A program made the translations under genes and the position numbers. Below the pieces are notes generated by a model, which did no database searches, was not told where the DNA came from, and saw only the letters and a list, made by a program, of their open reading frames with translations. From contig JAQFVV010000008.1 in assembly GCA_028023455.1 (NCBI GenBank), forward strand, positions 10,044,001-10,108,000: DNA of 64,000 bases, in the 5' to 3' direction. Shown here piece by piece: positions 48,686-62,900 of this stretch (position 1 is its first letter; every line of letters begins with the position of its first letter). The stretch comes from Epiperipatus broadwayi (taxonomy: Eukaryota; Animalia; Onychophora).

Positions 48686-49094
48686 AAATAAACCAACATT
48701 TATTGATTAAATTTGAATTGAGAGCTTGATGTTATTGCTAGCCTGATATTTAAATCCACATATTACTTGCTTAAGTTTAGATTTATTTCTCAGGAAAGAG
48801 ACAGCTTCTCATTTTTAACTCCCTGTGACCATGCATGTCTATTTTTATAGTGCATATGTGAAGAATAGTTGATTTCCACAATATTGCATAAGTATATAAA
48901 CTGCTATATTAACAATTATTACATATATATACCAACTAATAAGGTTCATGGCTGTAGGTAGTTAAAAATGAAAAATCTTCTCTTTCCTGTGATGCATAAT
49001 CTCAACTTGTATAAATAATATGCCGATTTAAATATCAGGCTAGCCATAAATCAAGCTCACACTTTAAGCATGGTCAACAAACGTTGATTTATTT
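48686..49094. mobile_element. Old MITE-like foldback, about 150 bp imperfect arms
   Basis: GAGCTTGAT…GCTAGCCTGATATTTAAATC (48722-48756) pairs with 49025-49058; homology extends outward and inward (CAGGAAAGAGA / TCTCTTTCCTG). Part of the spacer is directly repeated at about 49162-49210. Confidence 0.65.
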
Positions 49095-50399
49095 CAAGAA
49101 TAAGCTCTAAGTGTAGATGGAGCAACTGTGCTTTTTAAACATTTGTTAGAAGGAATGTGGGTGTCTATTTTTATAGCATGTGTGAAGAGTAGTTGACTTT
49201 CACAATTTAATATATAAATAAACATAGATGATGCATTGTCATTTAAAGTATATTATAAATTTGTAATTGATCTGCAGTATGTTAGGGGAATGAAGATAAA
49301 GTTTGATCATATAATTTACTTAATATAAATAATAAAATTTTCTATTTTAAAATCATCAAAATATGTATTTATATCATTGTTTTTGATATTTCATTATTTT
49401 GTAAGTATATTCAAATCTTTGTTTTGTGTGTGTGTGTGTATTTGTAGCATTATTATATTGAAATGAAGTATTTGTCTTAAAATGTGCAGTAAGTAGGATT
49501 TCTCTAAAGATGGCATGTATGCTTGTTGCAGTTTTGATCTTGAATTTAAATTTCTGGAGTTTGAGGGAGTTTTTTCCGGGTACCTCAATTTTTATTTAAA
49601 CTAGTCTATTCCTATTTTCTTTTTGAACGTTATTATTTTTATTTTAAAAGACTCCCTATTGCTGATCTCATCCTAATTTAATTATATTAAGATGAGAAAA
49701 TTATATATATCTGAAAAAATCTGATCGCTCTTTTACAGATATAAACCAAATTGATAATTACTATTCAATATAATAACAAACTAATTTCTTATAGTAATAT
49801 AAGAATTACCCCTATAATATGTATTATTATCAAATACACTGTGGATTTGAACATCTGTAATTATGTAGAAAGAGCAATGTAATAACCTATTATATTAATA
49901 GAAGTTTTTTGACTTAGTATTATAAACACAGAGATTAATTATATAATTAATAATTAACTTGCAAAGACATTCTATGTAACTGTCTGAGAGAATAAATATC
50001 AAGAATCTGTTCACTTATAATATTGATGAAATGTGTGAGAAAGTAAATGGAATAGACACTGATTTTTATCTTTCATCACATGTGTTGAGTATTCTGAAAC
50101 TAGTTTAAGTACGACTTTTAATTATCATACCATAAAATAAAAAGATTGAAAAACTATTAATATAAGAACATGAATTAGTGTCTACATCTGTAGAACACCT
50201 GATAAGAAAATGTATTACCTGAAAGATATACATTCAATATGAGATTAATCTATTTTTACATAAAGTAGCATATATTAATTAATTTAAACCATGCATTGAA
50301 AAGAATATTAAAATAATTACATATAATTTCATGTATGTGATTTTATGATATATATATATTTGAATCCAAATATACTTTATTGGAGTTTAGATGTAATTA

Positions 50400-51300
50400 C
50401 AGGGGATTTGAACACAGACTCTCAAGTTGCTTCAGCTATCCATTCTATCTCATATAATTGATACACATAACCCACATACAAATGAAAAAAAAAAAGATTA
50501 ATAAATATATTTCATGCAAAACCAGCACTCATCAGTTGGTCCAGACCATCATTTCTCACACATATATAATCAGCTCAGTTTATATTAAGATAGCAAATAT
50601 TCAAATTTTAATGGACAGGCTTCAATCTACTTCACCCTCCAACTCTTTAACCATCCACATCATTGAAAATCTGATGATAAAATGCTCAAATCCATTGTTG
50701 ATGCCAATATTATTGTCATACCAATGTTGACTTTAAGTCACTATATACAAAGAGAGAGATTCTGAAAACTGATAAAATAATATCAGACATCATTGTATCT
50801 CTTAAGATAATAAAAATTAAAATAAACAATATATTGCTATAAGAGATTGAAATAAAACTGGGCTGGATTGTTTCTAGAAGAGATAAACATAGATGAACAA
50901 TTGACATCCTAAACTGCATTCTAAGAGATTAATAAAAGATCTAGAACCTCCCAAGTTTCTGCAAAAGCTTTTCAAAATCTAATCTATTTTCATACATCAC
51001 CATCATTTTCAACTATTATTATCAATTGCAAGGCAAAGATTTGTCCAAGTCTCAGTTTTTCAATCTATAGATTCTTTTCTACAACAGTCCAGCAATTTTT
51101 ATATCTTAATGATATGTCTCATGCAAAGGCACATTCTATATCATTTATCTCTTGAAATCCAGTTTAAAATAGCAACTGTTCATTTATTAATTAAGTTTTT
51201 TTAACTCATGAAAGATTATCCATAGAAACTTGTTGAAACTTTTAAATAAAAAAAATGAAAATCTTACTGGAAGCTTTTCTTTTGAATCTATAAATTTCAT
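50400..51300 (-). mobile_element. RTE-type RT relic
   Basis: ORF 50716-50919 segment IQPSFISISYSNILFILIFI resembles the QG..LSP.LF block, with an ADD-like segment near 50700-50720. Confidence 0.35.
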
Positions 51301-51343
51301 GTTTTACTTTAATATTTTCCAAGAAAGTATTTCTGAATATTAT

Positions 51344-54300
51344 AGTTGTATTTGATCTGAATTGCAGGCTCAAACTGACAATTATAAAAAAATATGAACA
51401 TTCAAAGTTTAATTAGTATAATTTATTCAATAAACACAATTCCATGTATATAAACTTAGTTAAGGCTGGAATGATTGTGCTTGAATGACTGGACTCACTT
51501 CCAGCTGTATCTAATAGCTTGCCTCATGAGTTTTAGCAGAGACTCTTTCAGCTATAATAGACAGCTTGCCTCAAGTTGACCCTAGCCTTTGTAGCTTCCA
51601 GTCCTATCATGGACTTGCCTCACTATGGTAGACTTATAGCATAATGACTATAATAAAAATGTTCATTGTTAGCAGTGGTTTCAATTGAGAATGCATTCAG
51701 TTGTTTAGGTTAGACCGACATTCTCTCCTTATATCAAAAAAGTCTGACTGTTTATTACCAGATTCCCAACCTTATTGGCAGCCATCAGATTCTGAGAGCA
51801 TCATTGCCTATTGGTCAATACTAACCATGGGGTGTGTTTTACATATCTGGTTAGCAGCAATGAATGCTCAATCTGATCAGATAAGAAAAGAATCTGGGAA
51901 AGTCAAGATGAGATATGACATCTTTCCCCTTGGCTAAAAGTAGCTCTGAAAAGCATAGTCATACAAATGAGCTGGATGATGTGTTGTTCACTTTGTTGGT
52001 TGCTCAGGTTTATTGATGTTCTTATCTTGCTCACCATCATGTTTGATGTTCTTGTCCCTGTATGTTCATCTGGTTTGTTGCTGTCTTCAGTTTGGTGATC
52101 ATCATCTTTGCTTAATGTCCTTGTTCCTGAATGAGCATTTGTTTTGCTGCTGTCTTCAGTTTCTGTATGATTCAATCTCAGTTGGTTAGGTGGTGATAAT
52201 GTTGATAACCTTCTGCTGGTTGAACTACTATGGTGTAGAATCATTTTAGTTGTGTAACCACCACTGTGATCCATTGTATATTCTGCATAGCACCTGAGTG
52301 CCTATTTTCACTTTTATATTGCTAAGTTTCAGAGCTGATGGGTTGTTTCACAAATGTCTAATGAATAGCTGATCTGCTGGAATCTTTCCTGTTGCCATAC
52401 TTGAAGTGAAGTGCTGTGCTAGCAGCGTTCTGGTAATCAGGGTGTTCTAGATTCCTGTATCCATCTTTGTTATCAACTTTTTTGTCTCTTGAACTAGTCT
52501 CTCTGCCTGGCCATTGCTTTTTGGATGAAATGGTGGACTGTACACTGACTCAATACTTTTATTAGTACAAAAGTTTTTGAATGCACTTGCTGTAAATGCT
52601 GTGCCATTATCGAACACTATTGTTTTATGTAGGCCATGTGTTGAAAATACCCTCCTAAGAGCTTCTTATTGTTGTTGTGGACTGAAATGATGGGACTTAC
52701 CACCACTTTCAGCCACTTGGAGTTTGAGTCAGCTGCTATCAATATCAGTTTACCTTTCCATGGGCCTGCATGGTCAATGTGGAGTCTAGACCAGGGTCCT
52801 TCAGGTTTAAGCCATTGAGCTGTTTTGTCTTTTTATTGGCATGTTTTGATTTATTTTGCACTGCCAGCAGTGGTGGACTTTGGCCTCAATATCAGCATTT
52901 AAGGTAGGCCACCATATATACGATCTTGCCAGCATATTCTTTCATACTATCCTGAATACCCATTATGTAACAGGCTGAGGAATGTCCAGTTGAGGGAATC
53001 ACAACTCTGGATCCCCAGATAATACAGCCATGTTCAGTTGAGAAGTTCAGTGTTTGTGTCCAGTAGGCTGAATGCAACTCATATGGTTATTTATTTGGCC
53101 AACTCTGTTGGATACACTTTTGTACCTTTTTGAATACAAGGTCATTAATGGCCCATACAGACACCATCTTACTGTTCTGTGGTGTATTTGATTTCAAGCC
53201 ACTCATGTTAATTGATTGACTTGGATGTTGTTAGATTGTTTGCAGCCTCTGAAGGCAATCGGCTTAATGCATCAACGTGGAGAATGTTTTCCTTTTATGT
53301 ACTACAATGCAAAATTATAGCCTGGCAAAAAATTGAACCACCACAGCTATCAAATACAAATATTCCCAATAGGGGTCTACTCTCTTTGTAGAATGAATGA
53401 TTTACCATATAGGTAGCCAAGAAATTTTTTAAAGCCATTGATAAAGTAAGGGTCTCTCTATCAATTTGAGCTTAGTTTTTTTCGGTCTTTGAGAGACACT
53501 TTGATGCAAAGGCAACAGAGCTGTGTCCCATTGTTATTATTATGGAACCACATTGCCCCTGTTCTGACTGGCATGTTAGTACTAGCACTTTTTCTGGGTT
53601 GAAATGTGCCACCACTACTGTTTCTGACATTAGATTTTCCATCTTTTTTGAAGACTTTATTATGCATACTGTCCCACTTCCAGACTGTCTTTTTATCCAG
53701 CAGCTTGAATAGTGGTTCAGCAACCTGTTTTATGATATAAAAACCCTTCATAATAATTTATGAGTCCTAAGAAGTACTGAAGTTCTTTTTTACTTTCAGA
53801 TGTTTTGGCTTTTTTAATTGCCATAACTTTCTTTTGAGTTGGAAGAATGCTACTTGCATCTATCCTGCATCTAAGAAACTCCAGTTCATTGGCTTCAAAT
53901 ATACACTTATCTGAGTTTATTTTAATGTGAGGCTCTGAATTTGTCTAGGAATTTCTTAGTGGCACTCCAGAGTTGTATTCGTTCCACTAATAAGAAATCA
54001 TTAAAATATGGTAGTATACCTGGTATTCCAGCAGCCAATTGACCCATGACTCTCTGGAATATTGCTGGATGAACAATTCACCAAAAGGCAACCGGTTCAT
54101 TTTGAATAAAATTTTATGGATTATTGATAATGCTCTTGCAGTCTGATCATCCACAGGTAGTTGCAAGCATGCATGTTTTAAATCAATCTTTGTAAAGGCC
54201 CTATCACCTGACAGTGTGGATAGGATTTGTTTGACTGATGGTGGTGGGTAATTATCCAGAGTTAGAGCTTAGTTAATTGTGCATGAGTAATCCCCACATA

Positions 54301-55470
54301 TAAGAACATCACCATTTTCTTTTAATGCTTGGAACTATTGGGGTGGCCCATTCTGAGTATGATATGGGCTCTACAACCCTTGATGCCTCCCACTGTTTCA
54401 AGCTCTGCTTTCACTTTAGTTCTCAAACCCAGTGGAAGTGATTTGCACCAACAATTAATGGGTTTTACCCCTCTATTTGGTGGTAAATGGATCGGTTGTC
54501 CTAACTACAGACCCATCTTTTTGTTGGAATTTATTTGAGTAATTAGATTTTAATTTGCTTAATGTTGTGACCTGGTTCACCTTTGTCACTGCAAAGCCTA
54601 AATGACTGAACACTAGTAGTCAGTAAATGACTGAACACTAGTAGTCAGTATATAGTCTTGTTAGGCATAGTAATTTTAACTGTTGTTTGGCCTATCAGTT
54701 TTATTTTATTGCCCTGATAGTCTGTGATTGATTGGTCACTAGGATGCAGCTTATGTTCATTATTTTAATAAATGTAGCCCAGGTCTTTTTTTAAAACAAT
54801 TGGATACTGCTGACCTTGTGTCCAATTTCGTTGTAACTGGTGTATCATTAATCATAATATGTGTTTAAATCCAGACTGATCATCTTTTATACAGGCAACT
54901 TGTTTATTTTTCTTATAATTGCCTTTGCTGCTTTTTGGCATGGGTTTTTTCATTCTCATACCAGCTATCTTTTCAATTTCAGATCAGCTTTTATATAGCT
55001 GACTTGCTTGCAAAATGTACATATAGTATAGTGGTGTAGTCATTCTGTATGTATGTATATGTAGTATAGTCATTCTGTATGTATGTGAATTTTCTCATTG
55101 CATCTATAGCAACACATTATACCAGTTGTTGCTGAATTGTCTGAGCTGACTGTCTGATGACCCAGTGTTTTGCTCGTTTTTTTTGCACATCATAATTAAT
55201 AATTTTTTTAGGTTAAGGGCTTTGCTTGACTAGATATTGATTCTTCTAGTATTTCTTGGGACAAAGCTGATTCAAAATCTGAATCTGGCATCATTTGTAA
55301 TTTAAGTCTTAAGTTGTGATTGTTTATGCCACAAATAAAATGATCATGAAATGCATCATTCAGAAAATCATTGAATTTGCACTTTAACACCTATGTTGGG
55401 ATTCTTGTTGCAAACTCTCTGGATTTTTCCCTATTCTTGGATGTAGAGATTGGAATAATATATAACTTTC
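51344..55470 (-). mobile_element. Ty3/Gypsy retrotransposon relic (gag-PR-RT-RH-IN + 3' LTR; 5' LTR absent), same family as 28686-31763
   Basis: 3' LTR about 51344-51920 starts TGTCATATCTCA after PPT AGGGGAAAGA. Integrase PWSRLHIDHAGPWKGKLILIAADSNSKWL and IVFDNGTAFTAS; WGSRVVIP; protease PVTTKLDTRSAVS (about 54805-54845); gag DHFICGINNHNLRLKL…ESISSQAK (ORF 55208-55390). Confidence 0.92.
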
Positions 55471-56057
55471 AAAACAATCATTTAAATAATAGATGTTGTT
55501 ATAATAAATTATACACACTCCTACTTTAATATTCAATGGCATTATAATAAGAAAATGATTCCACTTTCTTAGTTCTCTTTGTTTATAAAGAAGATTGTCT
55601 TGAATTCTTATGGCAAAAAAATGTGAATATTAAACAATCAAATTATTTGCTGTAAGTTATTTTTATTTAACAAAGTAAAGAAATTTCTTATTTTTAAACT
55701 TTGTAACAAATAAGATGGGAGAATATATTATTTGCTATGACATCATTTAATATTTAAAGAATTGTATTGAACATTATATATATATATTAATTTTCATGGA
55801 TAAATGAATTCATAATATTATTTCTGGGCTCTTCAGTGTAGTAAAAATATAATAGATAAATAGCTCCTGGAAATAATACTATGAATATATTTTGTGTGTT
55901 GAAAATCTTATATACTGAAATATATGTAGATAGATATGCAAATGTAATGGAATTTTTAAAAAAAGAATAATTAATCAGTATTTAAATAGTAAAACAATAT
56001 ATAATTTTTATATTTGGATCTTGTAGAGTTGTAATTATATTTTATAGAGTGCACAGG

Positions 56058-56365
56058 AAATATATATAAATACTTAAACAGGCTTTAACCTGTAACGAAT
56101 GCACCTTAAAATTTCTAATAGTCAAGCAATATTATTTTGCCTATAGAGGAACCTCACAAATCATGACACAAGATAGAGAGCAACTTGACTATATAAGTAG
56201 AAATTTAGGTTAAAGATAAGACGGCCACTATTATCTTTATAAAAGTCGCTATCTTGTGACATAGTTTGTGAGGTCCCTCTATCGGCCAAATAATATTGCT
56301 TGACTATTAGAAATTTTAAGGCACATTCTTTATCGGTTAAAGCCTATTTAAGTATTTACATATTT
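56058..56365. mobile_element. Foldback element (family D), about 125 bp arms with an inner hairpin
   Basis: CCTTAAAATTTCTAATAGTCAAGCAATATTATTT…CCTCACAAA…CACAAGATAG pairs with 56247-56365. Spacer hairpin TAAAGATAA-gacggccacta-TTATCTTTA. Confidence 0.8.
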
Positions 56366-57774
56366 AGGTTTTTGAAAAAGATTACTTCTAGTCAATCAAA
56401 ATGTCAGTCATTAATAAAAAAAATGTATGCATAGCAAAAATTATGTATGGAAAGTAGACATTTTATTATATATTAATTATTCACTTTTTTAATATTGTTT
56501 TTATGTGAAACAAAATATATCCCTTCCCCTTTTTTGCATTATTGTATTATTACAAACTTTTTTATTACTATTGATATTCTTTACAGTTTTGACATTTTAA
56601 ATTAGAAAATAAAAAAGAAAAATAAAATTTTAGATTAGTATTAAAAGTGGAAAATTGCTCAAAATATTTCTGTTATATTGAAATATGAAAAATCATATGT
56701 GTAATTGAGCTGCAAATTGAGTTAGTATTTTTTTCATGGAACCCTATTTTTATTTAAAACAACAACTTAACTGATAGACAATTATGTTTGTTTTTTGCTT
56801 TTTTGGAATTAAGCATTTGAGAGTCACTTTTAGACAGTAAACAAAATAAGATTGTTTTTCTATTTTTATGTATCAACTTTTTTTTAATCATTTATTTCAA
56901 TTGATCTTTTTTTAAAAAAAATTTATAATTACAGCTATTTAAAAAATAATTTCAAAATTGACTTTAAAAAAATTATTAAATACAAAAATTTATCTTACAG
57001 CAGATTAATTTAAAGGTTCCTTAGAAGGATCATATTCACAGTTTTCTGATGTTTGTTCTTTTATTTATATTAAAATTCTTATACTATATTTTCATTTGGC
57101 TTTATCTCATATAGATTTGACAAATAAAAAGTAAGATATTACAAAAATGAATATTTTAATCATCACTTAATGTCTGCCATTATTATAACCTAACTTATTA
57201 TAGCTATTGAAAAAAATGTGATTAAGTGACTTTGTGTTAGGTCCAACTTAACTAGTACTTTGACTGTCATAATAATGAAATATTTCAAAATTTTTTGAAG
57301 TATTAGGAATTACTAAAAATGCCCCCCCCCAAAAAAACAAAAAGAGAGTAGAAACATCAACAAATAAAAAAGAAAATTAGCATAAAAATCAGTTAATAAT
57401 AGACAGATAGTTTATGCAGTAATACCCAAAAGTAGTTAAATTCGTGATTAGGGACAGGTTCCAGAAATATTGCAATATTAATGAAAGTGACTGAAAAATG
57501 ATGAAAGTTATTATCTCATGTTAATTCACTAATACTTATTATTAATCATCACTTTTTATTCTATCTTTATTCACTTAAGTTATCTCTGTAAAACTGTGAC
57601 AATAGAATTGTTTGATTATGTAACATTATTTTCATTCTACATCATTAGCAAATCATATTCCATTTTTTCTTGTCTTTTCTCTTTTGTTTTCTAACTTTTT
57701 ATTCTAATTTTTTTCTATTTTTTTTTTTTTTAGGAGATAAAATGATCATATTTATATAAAAGAGATTGTAACAC

Positions 57775-57845
57775 AATAGCAACTTTCTCCCTGTAATAAT
57801 GCCACCTAGTCCAAGCCATAACAATCAATGGATGCTATAAGAAAT
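57775..57845 (-). mobile_element. Family B tail fragment
   Basis: AACTTTCTCCCTGTAATAATGCCACCTAGTCCAAGC…AATCAATGGATGC resembles 16083-16135. Confidence 0.55.
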
Positions 57846-58599
57846 AGTGATTATGTAATGTTATAGTGGTTTAAAAAAGACTGCTGGTAATCATAGGGAT
57901 ACTTAGAATTTCTTCATAGCAATTTTTTTCCAAATCTCAAAAATATTTGCATAAATATCACGTGAATTACCTCTTCAAGCATACCATTACAAACACTGAT
58001 TTTAAATACACATTTTGACCAAACTAGTTTCTTCAGTTATCCTAATTTATGATAAATCTTCCAAATGTTATTCATTATTAGTTCAGTATCAATTTATTAA
58101 ACAAGTCTCACATCTCTAATATGCATTCATTGACTAGTACATTTTTAAAATAAATATAATAATAATTGGCAATCATCCATTGTTCATGTCAGAAATTATT
58201 ATATACCTTTAACCCCAAATATAAGCTTTAATTTTTATTATATATATATATATTATTAAATATATGTTTTTTATTTTTTATGGATACATGGTGCTATTTT
58301 TTTTCAATGTTTTACCTTCCTTCACTCATGAATAAAGTGTTATATATATTTTACTATTTCTTATCATTCTTTCACCGTCAAACATATGTTTATAGGCACT
58401 GGAAAATAAATGACTTCTAAAATATATTTTGATTAAGCAATAGTTGTTGTTTGGAAATCATGTATGTATTTATTAAAAGTATATTATATGTCATCAGCAG
58501 ATGTAAATGTAATGCATGTAAAAAGTATTGATATAATTAATATTCATTAGATAAGTGTTAAAATAATAATAAAGAACATATGGAATGTGTAGGTTGACT

Positions 58600-60870
58600 T
58601 GGGCTAAGTGAAGAAACTAATTCAATTATAATGCATCTTAGAGGTCATTTTGATATTTTCCAGTATCTATAATGAATATATTTGGAAGCATAAGAACAAT
58701 AAAATATGATTTTAAAAATATATAACAACTTGCATATAATTGAAGAAACTTGATATATTAAAAAGAAAAATAGAACTATACATATCTAAAAATTAATAAA
58801 TTATTGGAAATAATAATACTGGTGCTGTAGACTCAAATGGAATGCTGCTACTGAATTTTTGGATGTGGATTAACTATCATGAATACTTTATTTAGACAGA
58901 AAAATCACTAAAAAGAAACATGGGTACATCCACACTCAAAACAATGGCATTTTTAATTAGAAATCAAAATATAAAAAAACTTCATATTCCATGAGCACAT
59001 AAAAGCATAAATTGTTAGATAGATTATAAATATTAGTATAATCTAAGATTAAAATGAATATTATTCCAATCATATTTTAAAGAAAATCAATTTATTTTTA
59101 AAAATATCTACTATCCATGCTAAATTTCAACAGCTATTTAACACTAAAATTACTAATTTGAATTTTTAAAATTGCATGCATGTTACTGAGGCATGAAATT
59201 TTCTTAAGAAGTGCTTTATGGATATAAGTAAATCATTTCTTAGGTTCATTAAAAAAAATCATGATTGGTTTTCTGATAAGGATATTATTATTAATGACTA
59301 GGTTAAAAGAAAATATGACATTGTCTGTTTGGCAGAATTATAAGTTAAATGTGGAGTATCGTAATAAATTTAGAGATTTAAAGTTAAGATTAAGTAAAAG
59401 GCATAAAATGCTCAGTGGACTAAAAAGATAAAGAGATTTAGACATATACTGATTATAGCCACTGTATATATTTTTTTATGCTCTGAAATCAACATATGGA
59501 ACTAAAAAGTGGTATCCTAATAGTATTAAATCCATCAAGGTTACTCATTTGTATTATGACAATGTTATGAATCATTTTTGAATAATAAACCAAATATTGA
59601 GATGGAAATTTTTGATACGATGAGTTTCCTGACAAGTTTTAAAATATGGTAATGATATGTTAGCTTCAAAAATATTGACATTTTTTTAGGAATATATGAA
59701 GTTTTGCTTCCTGACTTTAAAAATGCTCCTATCATTCCAATTTTTTAAACTAAAGAGAATAGATAAGATTGCAGTAATTATCATGGAATAGCGTGATTAT
59801 TCACTACAAAAAAATCATGAAAATTCTTGAATTTTCAATCATAAATGAATTGTTACTAGAAAGTGGTTTTATAAAATAAAAGAGTCATAGATATGCTTTT
59901 TTGTTGTCAGGCAAATGCAAGAAAAATATTGAGAGAAATAGTGATCTTACATAGTTTTTATTAATTTGGTCAAGACATTTGACTCAATTAATCATACAGT
60001 TCAATGATAGCATCTGAAATTAGTTGGTTATCCACCAAAGTTATATTAAATAAGAATAAGTTATTGCCATAATGTTATTTGCAATATGTTTGTGACCTTG
60101 AAACTTTTTATAGATGGGTTAACAAATCAGGGATTAAGATGCAATATAAATTTGATGGTATAATTTTTAATTTAAATCTATTAAGAACAAAAGCTGAGAA
60201 CATTTTCTTGAATTCTGGATTTATAGTTAGCTAATGATTGTTCTACTTTGCCAGTTCAAAAAAAAAAAAACATGTACAAAATATACTTAATGTTTTGAAT
60301 GCAGCATATAAAGACTTTAGTTTAGTAATTAATTTTTAAAAACATAAATTCTTTATCAGCTAGTGTTGACAGAAAAATTTCCTTAATTTTTAGTTTGGAT
60401 GATTATTGCCTTGAAAATGTGATTCAATGTAAATGTTTTGATAGCTTTTTAAGAATGAAGATGCATTTAAATGTTGAGATGCAACACAGCCAAATTCTAA
60501 CGTGTTGTTGCTGCTTTTAATAAGTAACAGATAGAGTATTTCATCTCTGTGAAATAACTACTGCAACTAAATTAGATTTAACACAGTTATTATTTTAATT
60601 AATTTATTATATAAAAGTGAAATTTAAACACTCTATCAATGTAATATGTAAGCACCAGACAGCAAATCATTTAAGGATGCTCTGTGAAATTTTAAAAATA
60701 CAATGTCAAAATCATAAGACTAAACAATATGTTCTTTAATATTTTGGATGTGGTAGTATGCAAACATTATTATAAATCATATCTTCATTGGATTGGATAT
60801 GTGATACAAATGGATAACTTCCTAAAGTAATGTTTCATGGTTAATTTGAGTATGGTTTTTATGGGAGAGG
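58600..60870 (+). mobile_element. Degenerate RTE-BovB-like LINE (EN + RT)
   Basis: WVHPHSKQWH (58921-58950, BovB-type WMHPRSKHWH), DCSNYHGI (about 59767-59790), VVRQMQEK (about 59903-59926) and KFDGIIFNL (about 60147-60175). Confidence 0.85.
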
Positions 60871-61039
60871 TGTTTACATAGTAAAGATTATTTCAAAGAC
60901 ATTCTAAAGAAATATTATGTTGATTGTTTTCAATGGGAAGATATAGTAAAGAAGATAATCCATTGGATACCCATAATTAAACAAAATGTTGAAATATTTC
61001 AGAGAGAAAAGTTTTCTACCGAAGAAATTTAAGACAGCA

Positions 61040-61260
61040 TGCAAAATATTAAATATAAGGACGAATAGAAGATCGTCTTCTATGTGTCGACCCGATTCAT
61101 AGATAAGTTTGTATAGTCGTCGCAAAACTCACCTCTAGCGTAATATTTTTACTTGTATTTTGTCGTTTTATTCCCCTCCCCACTCTTGAAATTGTTAATA
61201 ACCATACTCGCGTTGCGAATATCGGCTGTTGCTGAACAGCTAGAAATACGAGAAAAATTA
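61040..61260 (-). promoter_or_regulatory. CpG island with a probable non-coding first exon of a minus-strand gene
   Basis: 13 CpG in 61021-61260 (hand count); CTCGCG at 61208-61213; donor GAG|GTGAGT at 61127-61135. The ATG at 61203-61205 stops before the donor (uORF). Confidence 0.55.
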
Positions 61261-62499
61261 ATATATTTTAATATTCATATTTTTTTATAATTTCATTTAG
61301 TAAATTTTTTGAAATTACTTTTAGTTGCCTTTGAACAAATAATTATTTTACTTTACAAAGTAAAATTTAATGCAATTATTTAAAAATATTTTTTTCGAAA
61401 AAAAAAATCCATAATTTCTTTAATATGATAAATATACACTAAATTAAATAATTTTAATTATTTGTTTGTTAACCACATTTGACAGATGCCTTATAATTTG
61501 TCTTTTTCTCAGGTATAATTATTTAGTACCGACGATTCAAAATTACTTCTTAAGCTCAGCATAGCTTGATTTAATGAAAGCGAATTAATTGTTATATGAT
61601 AATGGATTTTCACTATTTTCGTTTTGTAATCTAATCGCAGCTTGTTTTTCTTTTTTTTTTTAAAAAAAAGAAAATAAAGTTCAGCAAAAAAATATTTTAA
61701 AAGCAATTAATACAAAAATATGTTTTATTATTGAATTAACATTTATTTTCAAAGGACTGATATCTAACGTTATTGATTAATGAAGAAAAATGATAGTGTT
61801 GTTTCACGTTGCAAATTAAAAATTATGTGCATTAAGATAATGCCTAAATAATCATTATTATTATTTTTAGAAAATATTATTATATTATAATCCATTTTAT
61901 AATATTTGATAAATCTAAATTATTCCCCACTCTCCTGTTGAAGAATTAACCACTTTCAGCTTTTTTTTTTTTTTTGAGAAATAACCACCTCTTTAAATAC
62001 ACTAGGTGTTATACCAAATCTTGACCTCCCCCTATCTTTTTGACTGTGAATGCCTTATTATCCTTAAATTAGAGTGGTGTGATGAACAGGAGCATATATA
62101 GTAATTTCAATATATAATAGCATCAGAAGGCGCATGGATATTTTGTTATATAACTAGTAGTGAGGTTTCAGATTTTATTATAACATTAATAAATTCTTTA
62201 ATCTTGATTAGGACTGAATAGCTTAATAAGATATGGGATAATTCAAAGTTAGTCAAATTTGATAACTTCTGAAATGGCCATTTTTTTGAAAGCAAAAATA
62301 ATTTTGAGCTTGTAGAATGGCAAGTGAGGTCTTTAGTCAAGTTTGAAAATATCTTGTAAAATTTATAATTTTAAACTGCAGCAAATTTCTACTGAAACCA
62401 GTATTCAATAGATTTTTATTGAAAACAATGGACTTTGTCCAGAAAGTTCATTATATTAGACATTCACTATCTCCAGAAGAATTTCTACTGAAGGGGTTT

Positions 62500-62900
62500 T
62501 TTTTTTGGACTTTTCAGTTGGACTGGGATTTTAGTAGAAAATTAGAGCTTATAGTCATAAATTTTATCATGTGTATTATTGCAGAAAGTGAGATGATAGT
62601 ACATTATACTACAAGACTGAATAATCACCAAAAATATTTAAACAATTGGCAAAGAGGTTAATGAACCAAACAGAATGGGATACTGTTTTCTTTGAGGCCA
62701 TTGTTTTTTTATTGCTTAAATCATTATGGATCACAATTTTTGCTGAAAGAATGGAGATGATTGGAAGTAATTTAAGCATCTTGTTGCTGAATGTAATATT
62801 AAAAATTGCATCAACAAACTTTCTTAAAACTTAATATTAAATGCTTAAGAATCACTTAAGAGAAAAAAAATATCTTCTTTCACATAAACTTTTATATTTT
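62500..62900 (+). mobile_element. Tc1/mariner transposase relic
   Basis: RLNNHQKYLNNW followed by TEWDTVFFEA, resembling the Tc1 'L...hk..RL.Wa...W..V.FSDE' linker before the DDE domain. Confidence 0.35.

Noticed and set aside
51903-52274. 123-aa ORF, the longest in the track, as a host gene
   Set aside because: It is the low-complexity integrase C-terminal / 3' region of the decayed Gypsy element, ending at its PPT/LTR.
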